From: Eledone cirrhosa
Taxonomy: Eukaryota
Assembly: GCA_964016885.1 (NCBI GenBank)
Contig: OZ024759.1
Span: 5,518,001-5,582,000 of the forward strand
Length of the DNA stretch: 64,000 bases
Direction of reading: 5' to 3'
Shown: positions 27,186 to 39,700 of the stretch, piece after piece
Layout: every line of letters begins with the position of its first letter
Numbering within the stretch: position 1 is the first letter of the stretch
Notes under the pieces: model-generated
What the model saw: only the letters and a program-made list of their open reading frames with translations
Database searches by the model: none
Told to the model about the DNA's origin: nothing
Translations under genes and position numbers: made by a program

Positions 27186-30100
27186 TGGTATTAGTTTGTC
27201 AGAAGTAACTCCACTGTTGGTGAGAATTCATTTAAGTCATGGTATTATTTGTCAGAAGTAACTCCAATGTTGGTGAGAATTCATTTAAGTTCATGGTATT
27301 AGCTGTCAGAAGTAACTCCACTGTTGGTGAGAATTCATTTAAGTCATGGTATTAGCTGTCAGAAGTAACTCCATTGTTGGTGAGAATTCATTTAAGTTCA
27401 TGGTACTAGCTGTCAGAAATAACTCCACTGTTGGTGAGAATTCATTTAAGTTCATGGTATTAGCTGTCAGAAGTAACTCCACTGTTGGTGAGAATTCATT
27501 TAAGTTCATGGTATTAGCTGTCAGAAGTAACTCCACTGTTGGTGAGAATTCATTTAAGTCATGGTATTAGCTGTCAGAAGTAACTCCAATGTTGGTGAGA
27601 ATTCATTTAAGTTCATGGTATTAGTTGTCAGAAGTCACTCCACTGTTGGTGAGAATTCATTTAAGTTCATGGTCCTAGCTGTCAGAAGTAACCCCAATGT
27701 TGGTGAGAATTCATTTAAGTTCATGTTATTAGCTGTCAGAAGACACTCCAATGTTGGTGAGAATTCATTTAAGTTCATGGTATTAGCTGTCAGAAGTAAC
27801 TCCACAGTTGGTGAGAATTCATTTAAGTTCATGGTATAAGCTGTCAGAAGTAACTCCACTGTTGGTGAGAATTCATTTAAGTTCATGGTACTAGCCGTCA
27901 GAAGTAACTCCAATGTTGGTGAGAATTCATTTAAGTTCATGGTATTAGCTGTCAGAAGGAACTCCACTGTTGGTGAGAATTCATTTAAGTTCATGGTATT
28001 AGCTGTCAGAAGTAACTCCACTGTTGGTGAGAATTCATTTAAGTTCATGGTATTAGCTGTCAGAAGTCACTCCAATGTTGGTGAGAATTCATTTAAATTC
28101 ATGGTAGTAGCTGTCAGAAGTCACTCCACTGTTGGTGAGAATTCATTTAAGTTCATGGTACTAGCTGTCAGAAGTAACCCTAATGTTGGTGAGAATTCAT
28201 TTAAGTTCATGGTATTAGTTTGTGAGAAGTAACTCCACTGTTGGTGAGAATTCATTTAAGTCATGGTATTAGTTGTCAGAAGTAACTCCAATGTTGGTGA
28301 GAATTCATTTAAGTCATGGTACTAGCTGTCAGAAGTAACTCCAATGTTGGTGAGAATTCATTTAAGTTCATGGTATTAGCTGTCAGAAGGAACACCACTG
28401 TTGGTGAGAATTCATTTAAGTTCATGGTATTAGCTGTCAGAAGTAACTCCACTGTTGGTGAGAATTCATTTAAGTTCATGGTACTAGCTGTCAGAAGTAA
28501 CTCCAATGTTGGTGAGAATTCATTTAAGTTCATGGTATTAGCTGTCAGAAGTAACTCCACTGTTGGTGAGAATTCATTTAAGTCATGGTATTAGCTGTCA
28601 AAAGTAACTCCAATGTTGGTGAGAATTCATTTAAGTTCATGGTATTAGCTGTCAGAAGTAACTCCACTGTTGGTGAGAATTCATTTAAGTTCATGGTACT
28701 AGCTGTCAGAAGTAACTCCACTGTTGGTGAGAATTCATTTAAGTTCATGGTATTAGTTTGTCAGAAGTAACTCCACTGTTGGTGAGAATTCATTTAAGTC
28801 ATGGTATTAGTTGTCAGAAGTAACTCCAATGTTGGTGAGAATTCATTTAAGTTCATGGTATTAGCTGTCAGAAGTAACTCCACTGTTGGTGAGAATTCAT
28901 TTAAGTCATGGTATTAGCTGTCAGAAGTAACTCCATTGTTGGTGAGAATTCATTTAAGTCATGGTACTAGCTGTCAGAAGTAACTCCACTGTTGGTGAGA
29001 ATTCATTTAAGTTCATGGTATTAGTTTGTCAGAAGTAACTCCACTGTTGGTGAGAATTCATTTAAGTCATGGTATTAGTTGTCAGAAGTAACTCCAATGT
29101 TGGTGAGAATTCATTTAATTCATGGTACTAGCTGTCAGAAGTAACTCCATTGTTGGTGAGAATTCATTTAAGTTCATGGTACTAGCTGTCAGAAGTAACT
29201 CCACTGTTGGTGAGAATTCATTTAAGTTCATGGTATTAGTTTGTCAGAATTACTCCACTGTTGGTGAGAATTCATTTAAGTCATGGTATTAGTTGTCAGA
29301 AGTAACTCCAATGTTGGTGAGAATTCATTTAAGTCATGGTACTAGCTGTCAGAAGTAACTCCAATGTTGGTGAGAATTCATTTAAGTTCATGGTATTAGC
29401 TGTCAGAAGGAACTCCACTGTTGGTGAGAATTCATTTAAGTTCATGGTATTAGCTGTCAGAAGTAACTCCACTGTTGGTGAGAATTCATTTAAGTTCATG
29501 GTACTAGCTGTCACAAGTAACCCCAATGTTGGTGAGAATTCATTTAAGTTCATGGTATTAGTTTGTCAGAAGTAACTCCACTGTTGGTGAGAATTCATTT
29601 AAGTCATGGTATTATTTGTCAGAAGTAACTCCAATGTTGGTGAGAATTCATTTAAGTTCATGGTATTAGCTGTCAGAAGTAACTCCACTGTTGGTGAGAA
29701 TTCATTTAAGTCATGGTATTAGCTGTCAGAAGTAACTCCATTGTTGGTGAGAATTCATTTAAGTTCATGGTACTAGCTGTCAGAAATAACTCCACTGTTG
29801 GTGAGAATTCATTTAAGTTCATGGTATTAGCTGTCAGAAGTAACTCCACTGTTGGTGAGAATTCATTTAAGTTCATGGTATTAGCTGTCAGAAGTAACTC
29901 CACTGTTGGTGAGAATTCATTTAAGTCATGGTATTAGCTGTCAGAAGTAACTCCAATGTTGGTGAGAATTCATTTAAGTTCATGGTATTAGTTGTCAGAA
30001 GTCACTCCACTGTTGGTGAGAATTCATTTAAGTTCATGGTCCTAGCTGTCAGAAGTAACCCCAATGTTGGTGAGAATTCATTTAAGTTCATGTTATTAGC

Positions 30101-32942
30101 TGTCAGAAGACACTCCAATGTTGGTGAGAATTCATTTAAGTTCATGGTATTAGCTGTCAGAAGTAACTCCACAGTTGGTGAGAATTCATTTAAGTTCATG
30201 GTATAAGCTGTCAGAAGTAACTCCACTGTTGGTGAGAATTCATTTAAGTTCATGGTATTAGCTGTCAGAAGGAACTCCAATGTTGGTGAGAATTCATTTA
30301 AGTCATGGTACTAGCTGTCAGAAGTAACTCCACTGTTGGTGAGAATTCATTTAAGTTCATGGTATTATCTGTCAGAAGTAACTCCACTGTTGGTGAGAAT
30401 TCATTTAAGTTCATGGTACTAGCCGTCAGAAGTAACTCCAATGTTGGTGAGAATTCATTTAAGTTCATGGTATTAGCTGTCAGAAGGAACTCCACTGTTG
30501 GTGAGAATTCATTTAAGTTCATGGTATTAGCTGTCAGAAGTAACTCCACTGTTGGTGAGAATTCATTTAAGTTCATGGTATTAGCTGTCAGAAGTCACTC
30601 CAATGTTGGTGAGAATTCATTTAAATTCATGGTAGTAGCTGTCAGAAGTCACTCCACTGTTGGTGAGAATTCATTTAAGTTCATGGTACTAGCTGTCAGA
30701 AGTAACCCCAATGTTGGTGAGAATTCATTTAAGTTCATGGTATTAGTTTGTGAGAAGTAACTCCACTGTTGGTGAGAATTCATTTAAGTCATGGTATTAG
30801 TTGTCAGAAGTAACTCCAATGTTGGTGAGAATTCATTTAAGTCATGGTACTAGCTGTCAGAAGTAACTCCAATGTTGGTGAGAATTCATTTAAGTTCATG
30901 GTATTAGCTGTCAGAAGGAACACCACTGTTGGTGAGAATTCATTTAAGTTCATGGTATTAGCTGTCAGAAGTAACTCCACTGTTGGTGAGAATTCATTTA
31001 AGTTCATGGTACTAGCTGTCAGAAGTAACTCCAATGTTGGTGAGAATTCATTTAAGTTCATGGTATTAGCTGTCAGAAGTAACTCCACTGTTGGTGAGAA
31101 TTCATTTAAGTCATGGTATTAGCTGTCAAAAGTAACTCCAATGTTGGTGAGAATTCATTTAAGTTCATGGTATTAGCTGTCAGAAGTAACTCCACTGTTG
31201 GTGAGAATTCATTTAAGTTCATGGTACTAGCTGTCAGAAGTAACTCCACTGTTGGTGAGAATTCATTTAAGTTCATGGTATTAGTTTGTCAGAAGTAACT
31301 CCACTGTTGGTGAGAATTCATTTAAGTCATGGTATTAGTTGTCAGAAGTAACTCCAATGTTGGTGAGAATTCATTTAAGTTCATGGTATTAGCTGTCAGA
31401 AGTAACTCCACTGTTGGTGAGAATTCATTTAAGTCATGGTATTAGCTGTCAGAAGTAACTCCATTGTTGGTGAGAATTCATTTAAGTCATGGTACTAGCT
31501 GTCAGAAGTAACTCCACTGTTGGTGAGAATTCATTTAAGTTCATGGTATTAGTTTGTCAGAAGTAACTCCACTGTTGGTGAGAATTCATTTAAGTCATGG
31601 TATTAGTTGTCAGAAGTAACTCCAATGTTGGTGAGAATTCATTTAATTCATGGTACTAGCTGTCAGAAGTAACTCCATTGTTGGTGAGAATTCATTTAAG
31701 TTCATGGTACTAGCTGTCAGAAGTAACTCCACTGTTGGTGAGAATTCATTTAAGTTCATGGTATTAGTTTGTCAGAAGTAACTCCACTGTTGGTGAGAAT
31801 TCATTTAAGTCATGGTATTAGTTGTCAGAAGTAACTCCAATGTTGGTGAGAATTCATTTAAGTCATGGTACTAGCTGTCAGAAGTAACTCCAATGTTGGT
31901 GAGAATTCATTTAAGTTCATGGTATTAGCTGTCAGAAGGAACTCCACTGTTGGTGAGAATTCATTTAAGTTCATGGTATTAGCTGTCAGAAGTAACTCCA
32001 CTGTTGGTGAGAATTCATTTAAGTTCATGGTACTAGCTGTCACAAGTAACCCCAATGTTGGTGAGAATTCATTTAAGTTCATGGTATTAGTTTGTCAGAA
32101 GTAACTCCACTGTTGGTGAGAATTCATTTAAGTCATGGTATTAGTTGTCAGAAGTAACTCCAATGTTGGTGAGAATTCATTTAAGTTCATGGTATTAGCT
32201 GTCAAAAGTAACTCCACTGTTGGTGAGAATTCATTTAAGTTCATGGTACTAGCTGTCAGAAGTAACTCCAATGTTGGTGAGAATTCATTTAAGTTCATGG
32301 TATTAGCTGTCAGAAGGAACTCCACTGTTGGTGAGAATTCATTTAAGTTCATGGTATTAGCTGTCAGAAGTAACTCCACTGTTGGTGAGAATTCATTTAA
32401 GTTCATGGTATTAGCTGTCAGAAGTCACTCCAATGTTGGTGAGAATTCATTTAAATTCATGGTATTAGCTGTCAGAAGTCACTCCACTGTTGGTGAGAAT
32501 TCATTTAAGTTCATGGTACTAGCTGTCAGAAGAAACTCCACTGTTGGTGAGAATTCATTTAAGTTCATGGTATTAGTTTGTCAGAAGTAACTCCACTGTT
32601 GGTGAGAATTCATTTAAGTCATGGTATTAGTTGTCAGAAGTAACTCCAATGTTGGTGAGAATTCATTTAAGTTCATGGTATTAGCTGTCAGAAGTAACTC
32701 CACTGTTGGTGAGAATTCATTTAAGTCATGGTATTAGCTGTCAGAAGTAACTCCATTGTTGGTGAGAATTCATTTAAGTCATGGTACTAGCTGTCAGAAA
32801 TAACTCCACTGTTGGTGAGAATTCATTTAAGTTCATGGTATTAGCTGTCAGAAGTAACTCCACTGTTGGTGAGAATTCATTTAAGTTCATGGTATTAGCT
32901 GTCAGAAGTAACTCCACTGTTGGTGAGAATTCATTTAAGTTC

Positions 32943-35900
32943 ATGGTATTAGCTGTCAGAAGTAACTCCACAGTTGGTGAGAATTCATTTAAGTTCATGG
33001 TATTAGCTGTCAGAAGTAACTCCACTGTTGGTGAGAATTCATTTAAGTTCATGGTATTAGCTGTCAGAAGTAACTCCACAGTTGGTGAGAATTCATTTAA
33101 GTTCATGGTATTAGCTGTCAGAAGTCACTCCACTGTTGGTGAGAATTCATTTAAGTTCATGGTCCTAGCTGTCAGAAGTAACCCCAATGTTGGTGAGAAT
33201 TCATTTAAGTTCATGTTATTAGCTGTCAGAAGACACTCCAATGTTGGTGAGAATTCATTTAAGTTCATGGTATTAGCTGTCAGAAGTAACTCCACTGTTG
33301 GTGAGAATTCATTTAAGTTCATGGTATTAGCTGTCAGAAGTAACTCCACAGTTGGTGAGAATTCATTTAAGTTCATGGTATTAGCTGTCAGAAGTAACTC
33401 CACTGTTGGTGAGAATTCATTTAAGTTCATGGTATTAGCTGTCAGAAGGAACTCCAATGTTGGTGAGAATTCATTTAAGTCATGGTACTAGCCGTCAGAA
33501 GTAACTCCACTGTTGGTGAGAATTCATTTAAGTTCATGGTATTATCTGTCAGAAGTAACTCCACTGTTGGTGAGAATTCATTTAAGTTCATGGTACTAGC
33601 TGTCAGAAGTAACTCCAATGTTGGTGAGAATTCATTTAAGTTCATGGTATTAGCTGTCAGAAGGAACTCCACTGTTGGTGAGAATTCATTTAAGTTCATG
33701 GTATTAGCTGTCAGAAGTAACTCCACTGTTGGTGAGAATTCATTTAAGTTCATGGTATTAGCTGTCAGATGTCACTCCAATGTTGGTGAGAATTCATTTA
33801 AATTCATGGTAGTAGCTGTCAGAAGTCACTCCACTGTTGGTGAGAATTCATTTAAGTTCATGGTACTAGCTGTCAGAAGTAACCCCAATGTTGGTGAGAA
33901 TTCATTTAAGTTCATGGTATTAGTTTGTGAGAAGTAACTCCACTGTTGGTGAGAATTCATTTAAGTCATGGTATTAGTTGTCAGAAGTAACTCCAATGTT
34001 GGTGAGAATTCATTTAAGTCATGGTACTAGCTGTCAGAAGTAACTCCAATGTTGGTGAGAATTCATTTAAGTTCATGGTATTAGCTGTCAGAAGGAACAC
34101 CACTGTTGGTGAGAATTCGTTTAAGTTCATGGTATTAGCTGTCAGAAGTAACTCCACTGTTGGTGAGAATTCATTTAAGTTCATGGTACTAGCTGTCAGA
34201 AGTAACTCCAATGTTGGTGAGAATTCATTTAAGTTCATGGTATTAGCTGTCAGAAGTAACTCCACTGTTGGTGAGAATTCATTTAAGTCATGGTATTAGC
34301 TGTCAAAAGTAACTCCAATGTTGGTGAGAATTCATTTAAGTTCATGGTATTAGCTGTCAGAAGTAACTCCACTGTTGGTGAGAATTCATTTAAGTTCATG
34401 GTACTAGCTGTCAGAAGTAACTCCACTGTTGGTGAGAATTCATTTAAGTTCATGGTATTAGTTTGTCAGAAGTAACTCCACTGTTGGTGAGAATTCATTT
34501 AAGTCATGGTATTAGTTGTCAGAAGTAACTCCAATGTTGGTGAGAATTCATTTAAGTTCATGGTATTAGCTGTCAGAAGTAACTCCACTGTTGGTGAGAA
34601 TTCATTTAAGTCATGGTATTAGCTGTCAGAAGTAACTCCATTGTTGGTGAGAATTCATTTAAGTCATGGTACTAGCTGTCAGAAGTAACTCCACTGTTGG
34701 TGAGAATTCATTTAAGTTCATGGTATTAGTTTGTCAGAAGTAACTCCACTGTTGGTGAGAATTCATTTAAGTCATGGTATTAGCTGTCAGAAGTAACTCC
34801 ACAGTTGGTGAGAATTCATTTAAGTTCATGGTATTAGCTGTCAGAAGTAACTCCACTGTTGGTGAGAATTCATTTAAGTTCATGGTATTAGCTGTCAGAA
34901 GTAACTCCACAGTTGGTGAGAATTCATTTAAGTTCATGGTATTAGCTGTCAGAAGTCACTCCACTGTTGGTGAGAATTCATTTAAGTTCATGGTCCTAGC
35001 TGTCAGAAGTAACCCCAATGTTGGTGAGAATTCATTTAAGTTCATGTTATTAGCTGTCAGAAGACACTCCAATGTTGGTGAGAATTCATTTAAGTTCATG
35101 GTATTAGCTGTCAGAAGTAACTCCACTGTTGGTGAGAATTCATTTAAGTTCATGGTATTAGCTGTCAGAAGTAACTCCACAGTTGGTGAGAATTCATTTA
35201 AGTTCATGGTATTAGCTGTCAGAAGTAACTCCACTGTTGGTGAGAATTCATTTAAGTTCATGGTATTAGCTGTCAGAAGGAACTCCAATGTTGGTGAGAA
35301 TTCATTTAAGTCATGGTACTAGCTGTCAGAAGTAACTCCACTGTTGGTGAGAATTCATTTAAGTTCATGGTATTATCTGTCAGAAGTAACTCCACTGTTG
35401 GTGAGAATTCATTTAAGTTCATGGTACTAGCTGTCAGAAGTAACTCCAATGTTGGTGAGAATTCATTTAAGTTCATGGTATTAGCTGTCAGAAGGAACTC
35501 CACTGTTGGTGAGAATTCATTTAAGTTCATGGTATTAGCTGTCAGAAGTAACTCCACTGTTGGTGAGAATTCATTTAAGTTCATGGTATTAGCTGTCAGA
35601 TGTCACTCCAATGTTGGTGAGAATTCATTTAAATTCATGGTAGTAGCTGTCAGAAGTCACTCCACTGTTGGTGAGAATTCATTTAAGTTCATGGTACTAG
35701 CTGTCAGAAGTAACCCCAATGTTGGTGAGAATTCATTTAAGTTCATGGTATTAGTTTGTGAGAAGTAACTCCACTGTTGGTGAGAATTCATTTAAGTCAT
35801 GGTATTAGTTGTCAGAAGTAACTCCAATGTTGGTGAGAATTCATTTAAGTCATGGTACTAGCTGTCAGAAGTAACTCCAATGTTGGTGAGAATTCATTTA

Positions 35901-36604
35901 AGTTCATGGTATTAGCTGTCAGAAGGAACACCACTGTTGGTGAGAATTCGTTTAAGTTCATGGTATTAGCTGTCAGAAGTAACTCCACTGTTGGTGAGAA
36001 TTCATTTAAGTTCATGGTACTAGCTGTCAGAAGTAACTCCAATGTTGGTGAGAATTCATTTAAGTTCATGGTATTAGCTGTCAGAAGTAACTCCACTGTT
36101 GGTGAGAATTCATTTAAGTCATGGTATTAGCTGTCAAAAGTAACTCCAATGTTGGTGAGAATTCATTTAAGTTCATGGTATTAGCTGTCAGAAGTAACTC
36201 CACTGTTGGTGAGAATTCATTTAAGTTCATGGTACTAGCTGTCAGAAGTAACTCCACTGTTGGTGAGAATTCATTTAAGTTCATGGTATTAGTTTGTCAG
36301 AAGTAACTCCACTGTTGGTGAGAATTCATTTAAGTCATGGTATTAGTTGTCAGAAGTAACTCCAATGTTGGTGAGAATTCATTTAAGTTCATGGTATTAG
36401 CTGTCAGAAGTAACTCCACTGTTGGTGAGAATTCATTTAAGTCATGGTATTAGCTGTCAGAAGTAACTCCATTGTTGGTGAGAATTCATTTAAGTCATGG
36501 TACTAGCTGTCAGAAGTAACTCCACTGTTGGTGAGAATTCATTTAAGTTCATGGTATTAGTTTGTCAGAAGTAACTCCACTGTTGGTGAGAATTCATTTA
36601 AGTC
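32943..36604. repeat. 1831-bp (34-monomer) tandem duplication
   Basis: Offsets 33482/35313, 34021/35852 and 34290/36121. Private variants cagaTgtcac (~33770/35601) and aattcGttt (~34119/35950) each occur twice. Confidence 0.9.
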
Positions 36605-36765
36605 ATGGTATTAGTTGTCAGAAGTAACTCCAATGTTGGTGAGAATTCATTTAATTCATGGTACTAGCTGTCAGAAGTAACTCCATTGTTGGTGAGAATT
36701 CATTTAAGTTCATGGTACTAGCTGTCAGAAGTAACTCCACTGTTGGTGAGAATTCATTTAAGTTC

Positions 36766-39700
36766 ATGGTATTAGTTTGTCAGAAGTAACTCCACTGTTG
36801 GTGAGAATTCATTTAAGTCATGGTATTAGTTGTCAGAAGTAACTCCAATGTTGGTGAGAATTCATTTAAGTTCATGGTATTAGCTGTCAGAAGGAACTCC
36901 ACTGTTGGTGAGAATTCATTTAAGTTCATGGTATTAGCTGTCAGAAGTAACTCCACTGTTGGTGAGAATTCATTTAAGTTCATGGTACTAGCTGTCAGAA
37001 GTAACCCCAATGTTGGTGAGAATTCATTTAAGTTCATGGTATTAGTTTGTCAGAAGTAACTCCACTGTTGGTGAGAATTCATTTAAGTCATGGTATTAGT
37101 TGTCAGAAGTAACTCCAATGTTGGTGAGAATTCATTTAAGTTCATGGTATTAGCTGTCAGAAGGAACTCCACTGTTGGTGAGAATTCATTTAAGTTCATG
37201 GTATTAGCTGTCAGAAGTAACTCCACTGTTGGTGAGAATTCATTTAAGTTCATGGTACTAGCTGTCAGAAGTAACTCCAATGTTGGTGAGAATTCATTTA
37301 AGTTCATGGTATTAGCTGTCAGAAGTAACTCCACTGTTGGTGAGAATTCATTTAAGTCATGGTATTAGCTGTCAGAAGTAACTCCAATGTTGGTGAGAAT
37401 TCACTTAAGTTCATGGTATTAGCTGTCAGAAGTAACTCCACTGTTGGTGAGAATTCATTTAAGTTCATGGTATTAGCTGTCAGAAGTAACTCCACTGTTG
37501 GTGAGAATTCATTTAAGTTCATGGTACTAGCTGTCAGAAGTAACTCCACTGTTGGTGAGAATTCATTTAAGTTCATGGTATTAGTTTGTCAGAAGTAACT
37601 CCACTGTTGGTGAGAATTCATTTAAGTCATGGTATTAGTTGTCAGAAGTAACTCCAATGTTGGTGAGAATTCATTTAAGTTCATGGTATTAGTTGTCAGA
37701 AGTCACTCCACTGTTGTTGAGAATTCATTTAAGTTCATGGTCCTAGCTGTCAGAAGTAACCCCAATGTTGGTGAGAATTCATTTAAGTTCATGTTATTAG
37801 CTGTCAGAAGTCACTCCAATGTTGGTGAGAATTCATTTAAGTTCATGGTATTAGCTGTCAGAAGTAACTCCACTGTTGGTGAGAATTCATTTAAGTTCAT
37901 GGTATTAGCTGTCAGAAGTAACTCCACCGTTGGTGAGAATTCATTTAAGTTCATGGTATTAGCTGTCAGAAGTAACTCCACTGTTGGTGAGAATTCATTT
38001 AAGTTCATGGTATTAGCTGTCAGAAGGAACTCCAATGTTGGTGAGAATTCATTTAAGTCATGGTACTAGCTGTCAGAAGTAACTCCACTGTTGGTGAGAA
38101 TTCATTTAAGTTCATGGTATTAGCTGTCAGAAGTAACTCCACTGTTGGTGAGAATTCATTTAAGTTCATGGTACTAGCTGTCAGAAGTAACTCCAATGTT
38201 GGTGAGAATTCATTTAAGTTCATGGTATTAGCTGTCAGAAGGAACTCCACTGTTGGTGAGAATTCATTTAAGTTCATGGTATTAGCTGTCAGAAGTAACT
38301 CCACTGTTGGTGAGAATTCATTTAAGTTCATGGTATTAGCTGTCAGAAGTCACTCCAATGTTGGTGAGAATTCATTTAAATTCATGGTATTAGCTGTCAG
38401 AAGTCACTCCACTGTTGGTGAGAATTCATTTAAGTTCATGGTACTAGCTGTCAGAAGTAACCCCAATGTTGGTGAGAATTCATTTAAGTTCATGGTATTA
38501 GTTTGTCAGAAGTAACTCCACTGTTTGTGAGAATTCATTTAAGTCATGGTATTAGTTGTCAGAAGTAACTCCAATGTTGGTGAGAATTCATTTAAGTTCA
38601 TGGTATTAGCTGTCAGAAGGAACTCCACTGTTGGTGAGAATTCATTTAAGTTCATGGTATTAGCTGTCAGAAGTAACTCCACTGTTGGTGAGAATTCATT
38701 TAAGTTCATGGTACTAGCTGTCAGAAGTAACTCCAATATTGGTGAGAATTCATTTAAGTTCATGGTATTAGCTGTCAGAAGTAACTCCACTGTTGGTGAG
38801 AATTCATTTAAGTCATGGTATTAGCTGTCAGAAGTAACTCCAATGTTGGTGAGAATTCATTTAAGTCATGGTATTAGTTGTCAGAAGTAACTCCACTGTT
38901 GGTGAGAATTCATTTAAGTTCATGGTATTAGCTGTCAGAAGTAACTCCACTGTTGGTGAGAATTCATTTAAGTCATGGTATTAGCTGTCAGAAGTAACTC
39001 CATTGTTGGTGAGAATTCATTTAAGTCATGGTACTAGCTGTCAGAAATAACTCCACTGTTGGTGAGAATTCATTTAAGTTCATGGTATTAGTTTGTCAGA
39101 AGTAACTCCACTGTTGGTGAGAATTCATTTAAGTCATGGTATTAGTTGTCAGAAGTAACTCCAATGTTGGTGAGAATTCATTTAAGTTCATGGTATTAGC
39201 TGTCAGAAGGAACTCCACTGTTGGTGAGAATTCATTTAAGTTCATGGTATTAGCTGTCAGAAGTAACTCCACTGTTGGTGAGAATTCATTTAAGTTCATG
39301 GTACTAGCTGTCAGAAGTAACCCCAATGTTGGTGAGAATTCATTTAAGTTCATGGTATTAGTTTGTCAGAAGTAACTCCACTGTTGGTGAGAATTCATTT
39401 AAGTCATGGTATTAGTTGTCAGAAGTAACTCCAATGTTGGTGAGAATTCATTTAAGTTCATGGTATTAGCTGTCAGAAGGAACTCCACTGTTGGTGAGAA
39501 TTCATTTAAGTTCATGGTATTAGCTGTCAGAAGTAACTCCACTGTTGGTGAGAATTCATTTAAGTTCATGGTACTAGCTGTCAGAAGTAACTCCAATGTT
39601 GGTGAGAATTCATTTAAGTTCATGGTATTAGCTGTCAGAAGTAACTCCACTGTTGGTGAGAATTCATTTAAGTCATGGTATTAGCTGTCAGAAGTAACTC

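Larger units (their letters stand above)
21471..36765. repeat. HOR domain B: ~47-monomer (2528-2529 bp) higher-order repeat with internal rearrangements
   Basis: Offsets 22124->24653, 22716->25245 (2529) and 28316->30844 (2528). Markers absent from domain A: agaagACact, ggtCctag, gtatAagc, tattaTctg, tagcCgtc, ggtaGtagc, tttgtGagaa, gtcaCaagt, tattaTttgtc, ccacAgtt. Confidence 0.88.

Noticed and set aside
4960-29260. Isolated singleton variants (for example 4971, 5694, 14024, 14873, 20093, 21096, and a 1-bp deletion near 29250)
   Set aside because: They are consistent with recent point mutations or consensus errors and show no pattern by themselves.
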